Below, one piece after another: positions 18,421 through 28,295 of a stretch of 61,082 bases of DNA. Each line of letters starts with the position of its first letter. Position 1 is the stretch's first letter. The notes below the pieces were generated by a model, which saw only the letters and a list, made by a program, of their open reading frames with translations, ran no database searches and was not told the DNA's origin. The stretch is from Deltaproteobacteria bacterium. Lineage in GTDB: Bacteria; Desulfobacterota; Dissulfuribacteria; Dissulfuribacterales; QOAL01. Where the stretch lies: NCBI GenBank assembly GCA_027067775.1, contig JAMOVK010000019.1:1-61082 (forward strand), written 5' to 3'. The translations under genes and the position numbers were made by a program.

Positions 18421-20982
18421 TTAAAAAACACAACTTACTGCTGCATATTCTAGGGCCTTTTCCAATTCCTTTATGAATTCCTTATCTTCTATGCGTTGGC
18501 CAAGTTCATCTAATACATAAAATACATCTACCACCAGATCGGCACTGGTACCAATCTTTGCCTTGTGGATGTTTATGTTAAACTCGGCTAGGGTCTTTGT
18601 AACGCTGTAGAGAAGGCACGGCGAATCTTGGGCGTATACCTCTATTATTGTATAGAAATCCGACTGTTTGTTATCTATGACAACCTTTGTTTTCGGTCTG
18701 ATCGAAACCTTGTGATCTTTGGGGGCAAATCGGGCAAACTTGGCTGCAAGTCTGTGGTTCAGTCCAAGTCTGTCCTGTACCGCCATTTTGAGATCCTGAC
18801 ACAGGCCATCCCAGTTGACCTCTTTAAAGCTGTTGTCAGAAAGGGAACGGACATCGAGCACGTCTACCACTGTTCCGTCTTTCAGTGTGAAGATCTGTGC
18901 CTGCAGTATGGAAAGACCATAAAGGGCGAAGGTACCACAGATTTTTGACAAAAGTCCGGTCCTGTCCGTGGTCATAAGCAGAACGGACCAAAAACTTCCC
19001 CTGTCTTCAGGTATGCACAAGACCCTGTCCTTTGCAAGCTCCTTTTTTAGGGAGATGTGCATGGAAATGGCCTGGGGAGTGAAGCTGAGCAAGTAATCCT
19101 CTGGTAGTATGGGTAGCACCTTTTCTGCTTCGTTACCGAGAAGCTCCGATACTTTCTGTTTCATCCAGTTGACAGCAGCGATTCTGTCAGGGTCCACAAG
19201 TTCTTGTTGCTCAAGCAGGTGTGCAATCTTGTGGTATACCTCAAGAAGCAGGGCTTCCTTCCATTCGTTCCATACGTTAGGGCCAGTGGCAAGGGAATCT
19301 GCAATTGTTATCAGGTAGAGCATGCTCAAGCGATCTATTTTTTTAATGTGGCGGGCAAACTTGAGTATAAGCGATTCATCTTCAAGGTCTCTTCTGGTGG
19401 CGTTGTCTATAAGATAGAGATGGTTGGCAACAAGAAACGACAGGCAGTCCACTTCGGCTTCAGAAAACCCTAACCGTTTGCCTATCTCTTTTACTATCTC
19501 TGCGCCTTTTTTGGCATGACTTCCTCCTCGCCCTTTGCCTATGTCGTGTAAAAGTGTGGCAAGGAGTAAGACCTTGTCATCTCCTATGTTATGAAACTTG
19601 GAAGGATAGCGCTCTCGCAGCCTGTTTAGCTGTACAACACTTTCAATAAGATGTTTGTCAACAGTATTGACATGATATATGTCATGAATGACAAGTGCCC
19701 TTAGGTGTTCAAATTCAGGAATAAAGGCGGATAAAAAGCCGCTTTCTAACATCTGATCAAGGACGGTAGAATCGCTTGAATGCCTGAGTATCTCAAAAAA
19801 GTATTTTGAACATTTCTTTGACAGACGCCATCTGGGCTCAAGGTCATTACATACAGAGGCAATGAGTCTTTTAGTGCGGTAATGTAATGGCCATCTCTCC
19901 TTGGCAGAGATGGCAAAGGCCTTCATGATAATATACGGTCTGTCACGGAGGAGTTTCTCATCCGTGAGGACAATCTTACCCCTAAGAAGTTCTATCCCTG
20001 TAGACAGCGTCTTGGCAGTGGCAGGAGATGAAGGCGGCTCTATTACGTCAAGGACGTGTTCAAAAAAAAGATCCGATGCCACAGAGATGGTCTGGAGACT
20101 CCGGTGCACATCCCGCATGAATCGTTCGACACCAAGCATGTCTGATGTGTCGTAGAATCTGAGCGCCTTGGCTATTTCTTCCTGATATTCAAAAAACAGT
20201 CTGTCATTTTTACGTCCGCTGGCATGATGAAGCCTGTTCCTTACAACAAACAGATGGTCCCTGGCCTCAAGTATCTCTGTAAGCTCCTGTTTGCTCATAA
20301 GGCCAGCCTGGCTGAATTCTTCTAGATTTTTCAGCCCAAAAAGTATCTTGCCAGTCCATATAATGGCATGGAGATCTCTGAGTCCTCCCCGGCTCTCTTT
20401 TATGTTTGGTTCAAGTAGATACGTGTGATCTCCGTAACGTTTGTGCCGTTCTTCTCTGTGAAGCATCATATCCTGGGCAAATTTCTTTCTTGCTCCAGGT
20501 CCAAAGTGGCCAAGAAACTTTTCTGACAATTTTGTAAAAAGTTTTTTGTCTCCACAAATTGGTCGAGAGTCAATAAGCGAGACCATGAAAAAGAAGTCAG
20601 TGTCCATATCCTCCATGCAGGCGTCAATGGTCCTGACTCCGTGTCCTACCTCAAGGCCGGCATCCCAGAGGGGATAAAAGACCGCCTCTGTTACCTTTTC
20701 TACGGCATCCTTTGTCTTCTCCTCGTAAAGAAGCAGCAGATCAATATCAGAGTAAGGAAAGAGTTCCTTTCTGCCGTAACCTCCAAGAGCAACGAGGCAC
20801 AGGCCTTCAGGCGGAGCGCCAAAGACGGAAAAGAATTTTTCCCTTATAAATTCATCTATAAGGGCAGAGTGTTCTCTTAAAAGATCCGCTCCAGACAGCC
20901 CACGTTCCCAAAGGCCAGCCAGGGCCTGTTTGGGTGTAAGTATGTCAAAGACGCCCTTATCTGCCAGAAGGCCTTGATTCAT
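18421..20982 (-). CDS. glnD: [Protein-PII] uridylyltransferase / uridylyl-removing enzyme
   Basis: ALGGYGRKELFPYSDIDLL, EPNIKESRGGLRD, HD motif LLHDIGKG and two ACT domains. Confidence 0.96.
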   Translation of the reverse strand: MNQGLLADKGVFDILTPKQALAGLWERGLSGADLLREHSALIDEFIREKFFSVFGAPPEGLCLVALGGYGRKELFPYSDIDLLLLYEEKTKDAVEKVTEAVFYPLWDAGLEVGHGVRTIDACMEDMDTDFFFMVSLIDSRPICGDKKLFTKLSEKFLGHFGPGARKKFAQDMMLHREERHKRYGDHTYLLEPNIKESRGGLRDLHAIIWTGKILFGLKNLEEFSQAGLMSKQELTEILEARDHLFVVRNRLHHASGRKNDRLFFEYQEEIAKALRFYDTSDMLGVERFMRDVHRSLQTISVASDLFFEHVLDVIEPPSSPATAKTLSTGIELLRGKIVLTDEKLLRDRPYIIMKAFAISAKERWPLHYRTKRLIASVCNDLEPRWRLSKKCSKYFFEILRHSSDSTVLDQMLESGFLSAFIPEFEHLRALVIHDIYHVNTVDKHLIESVVQLNRLRERYPSKFHNIGDDKVLLLATLLHDIGKGRGGSHAKKGAEIVKEIGKRLGFSEAEVDCLSFLVANHLYLIDNATRRDLEDESLILKFARHIKKIDRLSMLYLITIADSLATGPNVWNEWKEALLLEVYHKIAHLLEQQELVDPDRIAAVNWMKQKVSELLGNEAEKVLPILPEDYLLSFTPQAISMHISLKKELAKDRVLCIPEDRGSFWSVLLMTTDRTGLLSKICGTFALYGLSILQAQIFTLKDGTVVDVLDVRSLSDNSFKEVNWDGLCQDLKMAVQDRLGLNHRLAAKFARFAPKDHKVSIRPKTKVVIDNKQSDFYTIIEVYAQDSPCLLYSVTKTLAEFNINIHKAKIGTSADLVVDVFYVLDELGQRIEDKEFIKELEKALEYAAVSCVF

Positions 20983-20993
20983 AATCCTGACTG

Positions 20994-21344
<351 letters not shown>

Positions 21345-21347
21345 TCA

Positions 21348-22565
21348 TTAAATGTTGTAACCTATCTCACTGTGCTGTGTGATATCAAGGCCCTGAATTT
21401 CGTCATCACGTTCAACCCTGAGTCCTACAGTCATGTCAACAAGTTTTAGTATAACAAAGCTTATCGTCAATGAATATACAATTGCAGCTCCTGCACCAAT
21501 GGCCTGAATGAGAAACTGCAGGGGATTGCCAAAAAAGAGGCCGTTGGCTCCGTCAGGATTCCAGGCAACAGAGGCAAACAGGCCCGTTGCCAGTGCTCCC
21601 CATAGACCACCCACTCCATGCACGGCTACTACATCAAGGGCATCGTCGTAGCCAAGTCTTCCTTTCAGAAGGATGGCGCTGTAACATAAGGCCCCTGCTA
21701 CAAGGCCAATGATTGTGGCAGAAACAGGACCTACAAAGCCTGCGGCAGGAGTAATGGCTACGAGGCCTGCAACTGCTCCAGAGGCTGCACCAAGAGTGGT
21801 GGGCTTGCCCTGGATTATCCACTCCGCTACTACCCAGGACATCAAGGCGCAACCTGTTGCTATCTGGGTGGTAAAAAAGGCCAAGGTGGCTATCTTGCCA
21901 GCAGAAAGTGCGCTACCTGCGTTGAAACCAAACCATCCAAACCACAAGATGCCAGCACCAAGCACAGTCATTGGCAGGTTGTGAGGATGAAAGGCCTCCT
22001 GTCCCCATCCTTTCCTCTTGCCAAGCATCAAGGCTGCCACCAAGGCGGCACAGGCAGAATTTATATGTATGACCGTGCCTCCTGCAAAGTCTAGGGCACC
22101 GAGCTTCCCAAGCCAGCCGCCTTGTCCCCATACCCAGTGACAAACCGGCATATACACAAAGGTACTCCAAAGGACAGTAAAGAGCAAAAAGGCCGTAAAT
22201 TTCATTCTTTCAGCATAGGCACCAGAGATAAGTGCCGGGGTGATAATGGCAAACATGAGCTGAAAGGCACAGAATAGCAGATCTGGTATGGTGTCAGAGT
22301 ACGGGCCTGGATCCAGGCCCACCCCTTTCAGGCCTATCCAGTCCAAATTACCAATAAAGCCGCCCAGATCTGGTCCAAAAGCCAAGGAATATCCATATGC
22401 CAGCCATATAAACGAGATCAGCCCCAAGCAGCATATACTGTGCATAATAGTGCTCAAAACATTTTTGTTCCGTACCAGTCCGCCATAAAACAGGGCCAGA
22501 CCAGGAGTCATAAACATTACAAGGGCCGTTGCCACAAGCATAAATGAAGTATCACCAGTGTTCAT
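21348..22565 (-). CDS. amtB: Ammonium transporter (copy 2)
   Basis: LMFAIITPALISGAYAER, DFAGGTVIH, WFGWFGFNAGS, DDALDVVAVHG; twin His present. Confidence 0.95.
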   Translation of the reverse strand: MNTGDTSFMLVATALVMFMTPGLALFYGGLVRNKNVLSTIMHSICCLGLISFIWLAYGYSLAFGPDLGGFIGNLDWIGLKGVGLDPGPYSDTIPDLLFCAFQLMFAIITPALISGAYAERMKFTAFLLFTVLWSTFVYMPVCHWVWGQGGWLGKLGALDFAGGTVIHINSACAALVAALMLGKRKGWGQEAFHPHNLPMTVLGAGILWFGWFGFNAGSALSAGKIATLAFFTTQIATGCALMSWVVAEWIIQGKPTTLGAASGAVAGLVAITPAAGFVGPVSATIIGLVAGALCYSAILLKGRLGYDDALDVVAVHGVGGLWGALATGLFASVAWNPDGANGLFFGNPLQFLIQAIGAGAAIVYSLTISFVILKLVDMTVGLRVERDDEIQGLDITQHSEIGYNI

Positions 22566-22597
22566 AATCAGTTTTTATCCTTTTTATTATTGTTAAA

Positions 22598-23827
22598 TTA
22601 TAAGTTGTAGGCCGTCTCGCTGTGCTGCGACAGGTCAAGGCCCATGACTTCATCTTCAGGTGATACCCTAAGTCCAAACATGGCATCCACCACCTTCAGG
22701 AGCACAAAACTGACTACAAATGCATAAACCAGAACCACTGCTACACCAAAGAGCTGGGTGAAAAAGAACCCTGGGTTGCCTGCAAGGAGTCCATCTGCAC
22801 CACCTGGATTGACTGCCTTTGAAGCGAATATTCCGAGCATCAGTGTGCCGGCAAAGCCTCCAAGTCCATGGATGCCTACAACGTCGAGACTATCGTCATA
22901 GCCCAGTCTTTCTTTCATAGAAACGGCTAGATAACAGATGACGCCAGCAATAAGGCCGATGATTATGGCGGAGTTAGCGCTGATGAAGCCTGCTGCTGGG
23001 GTGACTGTTGCCAGCCCTGCAATGGCGCCTGAGGCAGCACCCAGAGTGGTTGCATTGCCCTGGCGGATTTTTTCCATAAAACACCAGGATGCCATGGCTG
23101 CCATGCCTGCCAGATGGGTTGCAATGAACGCAGTCACTGCCACTCCATTTGCTGCCAGAGCACTGCCTCCGTTGAAACCAAACCATCCAAACCACAAGAG
23201 CCCTGTCCCAAGAAGGGTCATGGGAAGATTGTGGGGCATGAAGCTGCGTTTTTTAAATCCCTGCCTCGGACCAATTACCAGTGCGGCAGCCAGGGCTGCT
23301 GCACCAGAGGTAAGATGGACCACCAGGCCGCCTGCAAAATCAAGCACCCCTTTTGCTCCAAGCCAACCACCAGACCCCCATATCCAATGACAGACCGGAT
23401 TGTAGACCAGAATTGCCCACACCAGGCTGAATATGACAAAGGGTCCAAACTTCATCCTTTCTGCAAAGGCTCCGGTAATGAGTGCAGGAGTGATGACAGC
23501 AAACATGCACTGATAAATCATGAAGAGCAGGTGTGGAATGGTAGTGGCGTAGGTATCGCTAGGTGCGGTTCCAACCCCCTTGAGGCCAAACCAGGAAAGG
23601 TCTCCAACAAAGCCGCTCACGTCCGGACCAAAGGACATGGAATAGCCTATATAGATCCATTCGAAACTGATAATGGCAATCATGATCAGACTGTGCATTA
23701 TGGTCCCAAGGACGTTTTTGTTACGCACCATTCCTCCATAAAACAGCCCAAGGGCTGGTGTCATGAGAAGAACAAGTGCTGCTGAAACAAGGATGAACGC
23801 AGTGTCTCCCGCAGATATGTGTGCCAT
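22598..23827 (-). CDS. amtB: Ammonium transporter (copy 1)
   Basis: DFAGGLVVH, WFGWFGFNGGS, DDSLDVVGIHG. Start moved to ATG 23827 (GGAGGG RBS). Confidence 0.95.
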   Translation of the reverse strand: MAHISAGDTAFILVSAALVLLMTPALGLFYGGMVRNKNVLGTIMHSLIMIAIISFEWIYIGYSMSFGPDVSGFVGDLSWFGLKGVGTAPSDTYATTIPHLLFMIYQCMFAVITPALITGAFAERMKFGPFVIFSLVWAILVYNPVCHWIWGSGGWLGAKGVLDFAGGLVVHLTSGAAALAAALVIGPRQGFKKRSFMPHNLPMTLLGTGLLWFGWFGFNGGSALAANGVAVTAFIATHLAGMAAMASWCFMEKIRQGNATTLGAASGAIAGLATVTPAAGFISANSAIIIGLIAGVICYLAVSMKERLGYDDSLDVVGIHGLGGFAGTLMLGIFASKAVNPGGADGLLAGNPGFFFTQLFGVAVVLVYAFVVSFVLLKVVDAMFGLRVSPEDEVMGLDLSQHSETAYNL

Positions 23828-23870
23828 TTCTCCCTCCATAAAACAGATTTTTTCAAGACCAAATTACCAA

Positions 23871-23886
23871 AGCAAAAAGGTTGCCA
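23871..23886 (-). promoter_or_regulatory. sigma54 (-24/-12) promoter of the amt-amt-glnB-glnD cluster
   Basis: Minus strand TGGCAA-CCTTT-TTGCT with exact GG-N10-GC spacing, ~45 nt upstream of the amt start. Confidence 0.8.
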
Positions 23887-23949
23887 CTTGAAGCTGGCCC
23901 TAACATAGTGAAATCCTAGCCAAAATTTTCCATTAGAATTTTTTGGAGA

Positions 23950-24046
23950 TTACAAAAAAGTAAAATAAATCTGACTAGGTTACAAAATTGTAAATTTTAT
24001 ATGGATTGGAAAGTTCGGGTGCAAAGGCCTGAGACAATTTGTGTCA
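23950..24046. promoter_or_regulatory. Candidate enhancer sites for a sigma54 activator
   Basis: TTACAAAAAAGTAA (23950-63), TTACAAAATTGTAA (23980-93) and TGAGACAATTTGTGTCA (24030-46) lie 65-160 nt upstream of the -24 element. Confidence 0.45.
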
Positions 24047-24209
24047 CTGTCTATAGCTTGTTTTTGTCACAGATTTTCCTATAATCTATTTTTCTGATAG
24101 AATCGGGGCATTACGGGTGTGATCTGGAAGGGAGAGGAAGAAAAAATTGGCACGGGTCATGAGATAACTAGGTGCAGCAAAAGCAATATCATTTTTTAAA
24201 GGGGGGCGT

Positions 24210-24410
24210 ATGGGTATAAACACTCTGTATTGGCTTTTTCTTGTTATTCTTTTGATATTCGTTCCTGCCAAGGGGTATTCCTGAGGTCCAAATATTCCAC
24301 TTGGTTCAAGTGAACAAAAGGTTGAAAAGCTGAAACCCCAAAAGGTTCAGGATAAGGCACCTGTTCAAAGAAAAGATAAGAAGGTAAAAAATACAGTAAT
24401 CAAGACATAG
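24210..24410 (+). CDS. Candidate small secreted selenoprotein (66 aa, in-frame TGA at codon 25)
   Basis: AAAGGGGGG RBS; MGINTLYWLFLVILLIFVPAKGYS-[TGA 24282-84]-GPNIPLGSSEQKVEKLKPQKVQDKAPVQRKDKKVKNTVIKT-TAG; SECIS-like hairpin directly after the TGA. Confidence 0.55.
24295..24314 (+). promoter_or_regulatory. Bacterial SECIS-like hairpin
   Basis: TT(C)CACTT-GGTTC-AAGTGAA: stem starts 10 nt after the UGA, has one bulged base and a G-initiated apical loop ~18 nt from the UGA. Confidence 0.55.
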
Positions 24411-24428
24411 CGGGCATCCACCACCATT

Positions 24429-24453
24429 GGGCTCCCTTTTTAAGGGGGCCTTT
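24429..24453. terminator. Hairpin between convergent genes, probable terminator
   Basis: ggctccc-tttttaa-gggggcc followed by ttt. Confidence 0.5.
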
Positions 24454-24473
24454 CCATCCAACTTATAGCCTAT

Positions 24474-25658
24474 TTAAAAGACAAATCTCTTTATATAAAA
24501 GATGCGGCCCTTCCAGATAAGTCTGGCGGTTGTACCTGACTGGAACTCCACGACCAGGGTTTCTTTGTCAAAGGCTGTTGGCATCCTATATGTACAGCCA
24601 GGGCACTGTCCGTCATGCCATTCTTTCAATATTGCAACAAATGTGGTGTCAGAAGGCCTAAAGGTATCCGAGGCAGTCCACCACAGTGGTCCACCAAATA
24701 TGTCGTAGTTGTACCATGTAAGAAACATGACATCCGACTGGGCCTCCATGAAAAGTCCCATTCCTTCAAAATTAGGGCTGTACCACCATCCTTGGATGTT
24801 TCTTGGATCCTTGTCTCCTGGAGCCAGGCTGTCCATGAATTTTACCATTGTGGCATTCCCGGATATGCCCTTGTACGTCCATGTAAAGATAGTGGAATTG
24901 GTATCCCTGAGATCAAGGTCCACAGTGCCTACAGGTTCAGGTGTCGGAACAGAATAACTGTCTTCCAGATACCATCCGTGCCATTTGTACAGGGTTCCTG
25001 AAAATGTGTTGTTTGTAACAGTGCCGTAAGAACTCATCCATATTGGGTTGCCCCTGTCGTCATAGGTGTACCATCCCATGAAAAGGTGTTCGTTTTGGAT
25101 TTCTATGGATATACCCGAGCCCAAGGCATCAGGATCGTACCACCATCCGTTTTTGTCACTGCTTCCATGTTTGTTTAGGTTTATCTTGTAATGCCAGGTG
25201 CATGATACTCCATTTGAGAAGTTGTAGACAGAGATTCCACTTCCATAGGCAGTTGTTGGAGATGTCCAGGTTATTGATATGGAATTGGTGACAGTCCCTC
25301 CGTTAGAGTCTGACAGACTGTTTGTGACCACCACGTTTTTTTCGCTTTGGAATCCTCCCTGGTATATGCACGCATCGCCAGGATTGCAGGTCATTCCTGA
25401 CAAAAATACCATGGTGACGCTGCTGGAATTTGTTCCTTGGGTAAGAGATAGTGTACCAGAGGCAGGATTGCCTGGTGGGCATGTGCCAGTAACATTATAG
25501 TTTGAAGTCGCAAAGTCCCACAGGCCGTTGATGTCAAGGTAGGCTGAATCTGCATCGCGACCTATGGAAATTCCTGCCGCGTGGCCATCTTGCTCAAATG
25601 GATAGAGACAGGCAAAAAAAAGTATAAAACATATTGAAATGATGTTGTTTTTTTTCAT
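24474..25658 (-). CDS. Secreted hypothetical protein with two tandem ~119-aa Trp/Gly-rich repeats
   Basis: Signal peptide MKKNNIISICFILFFACL; repeats GWWYDPDALGSGISIEIQ...LFMGWYTYD and GWWYSPNFEGMGLFMEAQ...MFLTWYNYD, 357 nt apart. Start moved from 25697. Confidence 0.8.
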   Translation of the reverse strand: MKKNNIISICFILFFACLYPFEQDGHAAGISIGRDADSAYLDINGLWDFATSNYNVTGTCPPGNPASGTLSLTQGTNSSSVTMVFLSGMTCNPGDACIYQGGFQSEKNVVVTNSLSDSNGGTVTNSISITWTSPTTAYGSGISVYNFSNGVSCTWHYKINLNKHGSSDKNGWWYDPDALGSGISIEIQNEHLFMGWYTYDDRGNPIWMSSYGTVTNNTFSGTLYKWHGWYLEDSYSVPTPEPVGTVDLDLRDTNSTIFTWTYKGISGNATMVKFMDSLAPGDKDPRNIQGWWYSPNFEGMGLFMEAQSDVMFLTWYNYDIFGGPLWWTASDTFRPSDTTFVAILKEWHDGQCPGCTYRMPTAFDKETLVVEFQSGTTARLIWKGRIFYIKRFVF

Positions 25659-25809
25659 AATGCACCCTCTTTTTATGTATCGATTTTTAGGTGTCACTGC
25701 TTAAATGAGCAAAAAGGAGACCAGTTGGTTAAAAGGAAGGAATGATTTTTCACCCCTTAAGCTGTATTCTGTAACGATCTTTTGATTTGAAGTGCTTTAA
25801 GAAAGGAGG

Positions 25810-26193
25810 TTGGTTGTTTTGAATCGGTATATCCCGCTTATACTTGCCGGCGTGTTTTTAAATGCCGCGGCCCAGATAGTTATCAAAAAGGGAATGATGC
25901 AGATTGGAACCTTTGCCTTTTCCTTAAAGAATATGGTGCCGGTTGGCATTAAGGTGGCCTCCAGTCCCTTTGTTATCCTTGGTATAATGTTTTACGTTAT
26001 CAGCCTGGTATTGTGGCTAATGGTCCTTTCTAGGGTGGACGTCAGCTATGCCTATCCAATGCTTAGCGTAGGCTACATAGTGGCAGCCCTTTTTGGGAAA
26101 TACATCTTTAACGAACCAGTCGGACCTGTGCGATGGGCTGGTATCATAATTATCTGTATCGGTGTCTATCTCATTACAAGGAGTGCGACCTGA
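25810..26193 (+). CDS. EamA/SMR-family small transporter, ArnE/ArnF-like flippase
   Basis: Four hydrophobic helices; LSRVDVSYAYPMLSVGY motif. True start may be TTG 25819. Confidence 0.8.
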   Translation: MVVLNRYIPLILAGVFLNAAAQIVIKKGMMQIGTFAFSLKNMVPVGIKVASSPFVILGIMFYVISLVLWLMVLSRVDVSYAYPMLSVGYIVAALFGKYIFNEPVGPVRWAGIIIICIGVYLITRSAT

Positions 26194-26195
26194 AT

Positions 26196-27365
26196 ATGAA
26201 AGGCAAAGTTTTTATACCCTTTTGCAGACCAACTATCGAAGAGGACGAGATAAATGAAGTAGTAGACAGCCTTGAAAGCGGTTGGATAACAACAGGTCCA
26301 AAGACTGCCAGATTTGAAGAGGAGTTTAGACACTATCATGGAGGGAAGCAGGAGGCTATAGCGGTAAATTCTGCAACTGCAGGGCTTCATCTGTGCCTTT
26401 TGACCATTGATCTGAAACCAGGAGACGAGGTCATTACCACCTCTATCACCTGGCCCTCCACAGTAAACAATATTGTAATATGTGGTGGAATGCCTGTATT
26501 TGCAGACGTAACCAGGGACACGCTTCAGATAGACCCTTTGGAAATAGAAAGGCGAATTACTGAAAAGACAAGGGCCGTCATCCCTGTACACTTTGCCGGC
26601 GCGCCAGTGGATCTTGACCCCATAAAAGAGCTTTGTCGAAAACACTCTCTCAGCCTTATAGAAGATGCGGCCCACGGCGCAGGAACAGCCTACAAGGGAA
26701 GGCTTATAGGTTCGGATAGCGAGGCAGCGGTCTTTTCCTTTCATCCCATAAAGAATATAACCACAGGCGAGGGTGGCATGATCCTTTGCAAAGACAAAGA
26801 GCAGGCCGGTCGTATCAGGAGGCTCCGTTTTCATGGAATATCAAGGGATGCGTGGAAACGCTACGCCAAGGGCGGAAGCCCCCAGTATCAGGTTGTAGAA
26901 CCAGGTTTTAAATACAATATGCTGGATCTTCAGGCAGCCATTGGCCTGCATCAGCTCAAAAAACTTTCTGCATTTAACAAAAGACGTAAACATCTTGCAA
27001 AAAACTATCTGGATCTGCTTAATGATCTAGAAGCAATAAAGCCTCTTGCCACTGTCCCTTATCCCCACGAACATGCCTGGCATCTTTTTGTAGTACGGCT
27101 TGACATTGACATGTTAAGGGTGAACAGGGACGAATTTATAGCTAGCCTGCAAGATGAAGGAATAGGTGTTGGCCTCCATTTTCCTGCTGTACACTTGCAG
27201 AGTTATTACGCTAGGAGGTTTGGTTTTGGTCGGGGAGAGCTCCCAAACAGCGAATGGAACAGTGACAGGCTTTTTTCTTTGCCATTGTATCCACTTCTTA
27301 AAGAAGACGAACAGGTAAGGGTGGTTGAAACGCTAAAAAGGCTAACTAAAAGGTACAGGATATGA
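26196..27365 (+). CDS. DegT/DnrJ/EryC1/StrS PLP sugar aminotransferase, ArnB-like
   Basis: SGWITTGPK, NSATAGLH, IEDAAH, FSFHPIKNITTGEGG (PLP Lys), GFKYNM. Start moved to 26196. Confidence 0.92.
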   Translation: MKGKVFIPFCRPTIEEDEINEVVDSLESGWITTGPKTARFEEEFRHYHGGKQEAIAVNSATAGLHLCLLTIDLKPGDEVITTSITWPSTVNNIVICGGMPVFADVTRDTLQIDPLEIERRITEKTRAVIPVHFAGAPVDLDPIKELCRKHSLSLIEDAAHGAGTAYKGRLIGSDSEAAVFSFHPIKNITTGEGGMILCKDKEQAGRIRRLRFHGISRDAWKRYAKGGSPQYQVVEPGFKYNMLDLQAAIGLHQLKKLSAFNKRRKHLAKNYLDLLNDLEAIKPLATVPYPHEHAWHLFVVRLDIDMLRVNRDEFIASLQDEGIGVGLHFPAVHLQSYYARRFGFGRGELPNSEWNSDRLFSLPLYPLLKEDEQVRVVETLKRLTKRYRI

Positions 27366-28276
27366 CTGGTAGCAGCGGGCTCAGCCTCAAGATAGATGTA
27401 GACACCCACGACGGCATGAAAAAGGGGGTGCCCAATTTGTTGGAGGACTTTGCCTACTTTGGCATAAAGGCGACCTTTTGTCTTTCTTTTGGGCCTGATA
27501 ATTCAGGAAAGGCCATATTTCGCCTTTTACGTGACCCAAAGTTCATAAAAAAGATGCTTTATACTAGGGCACCAAGTCTTTATGGATTGCGGACAGTGCT
27601 TTCTGGCACACTTCTTCCTGCCAGAGCGATTGCTACGGCCTTTCCAGGGCTTTGTCAAAGAATCAGGGACGAGGGTCACGAGGTAATAGTCCATGCCTGG
27701 GATCACAGGAGATGGCAGGATCACTTGGATATCATGTCAGAGGAGGAAATAAGGGCTCATTTCAAAAAGGCCTTTGACGCATACCAACAGATACTTGGGG
27801 CAAGGCCTTGGGCAGTTGCAGCACCGGGATGGCAGGTAACAACCAGGAGTTTGAAGGTCCAGGATGACCTGGGTCTTCTTTATGCCAGTGATCTTAGACA
27901 GGCCCCGCCATGTATCTTGGAGGCAGAAGGTACAAGATTTAGGACCCTTCAGATTCCCACCACAGGCCCCTGTGTGGAGGAGCTTCTTACCCAGGGAATA
28001 AGGGATGAAGAGGTGCTTGAAGATGCCCTGTTAAAAGGAGTTTCTGACAAGGAGGCCCCGGTTCTGGCCCTTCATGCAGAGGTAGAGGGAACGGTTTTCC
28101 GGCCTTTTTTCAGAAGGCTTATGAGATCTTTGACAGACAGATTTGACGAGTTTCTGACTTTGGCAGATAGGGCAACGAGCCTTCTTGATAATCCAGATGT
28201 TATAAAGATCTGTAAACTTGACTTTATAGAGCTTTCCGGAAGAGCAGGAAAGGTGGCCTCTTGTATCTGTTCATGA
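27362..28276 (+). CDS. Polysaccharide deacetylase-family protein, ArnD-like deformylase
   Basis: LKIDVDT, ATFCLSFGPDNSG, HAWDH, AAPGW, LHAEVEG. Confidence 0.8.
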   Translation: MTGSSGLSLKIDVDTHDGMKKGVPNLLEDFAYFGIKATFCLSFGPDNSGKAIFRLLRDPKFIKKMLYTRAPSLYGLRTVLSGTLLPARAIATAFPGLCQRIRDEGHEVIVHAWDHRRWQDHLDIMSEEEIRAHFKKAFDAYQQILGARPWAVAAPGWQVTTRSLKVQDDLGLLYASDLRQAPPCILEAEGTRFRTLQIPTTGPCVEELLTQGIRDEEVLEDALLKGVSDKEAPVLALHAEVEGTVFRPFFRRLMRSLTDRFDEFLTLADRATSLLDNPDVIKICKLDFIELSGRAGKVASCICS

Positions 28277-28295
28277 TAGATGGCCAAAATGAACT

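Noticed and set aside
21920-23199. Identical 30-nt stretch in both amt genes (21920-49 and 23170-99)
   Set aside because: Encodes the conserved WFGWFGFN motif; explained by paralogy and codon bias, not a repeat element.
27362-28279. TGA stop after a CxC ending in the ArnD-like gene as possible Sec
   Set aside because: TGA is followed directly by TAG and no SECIS-like stem.
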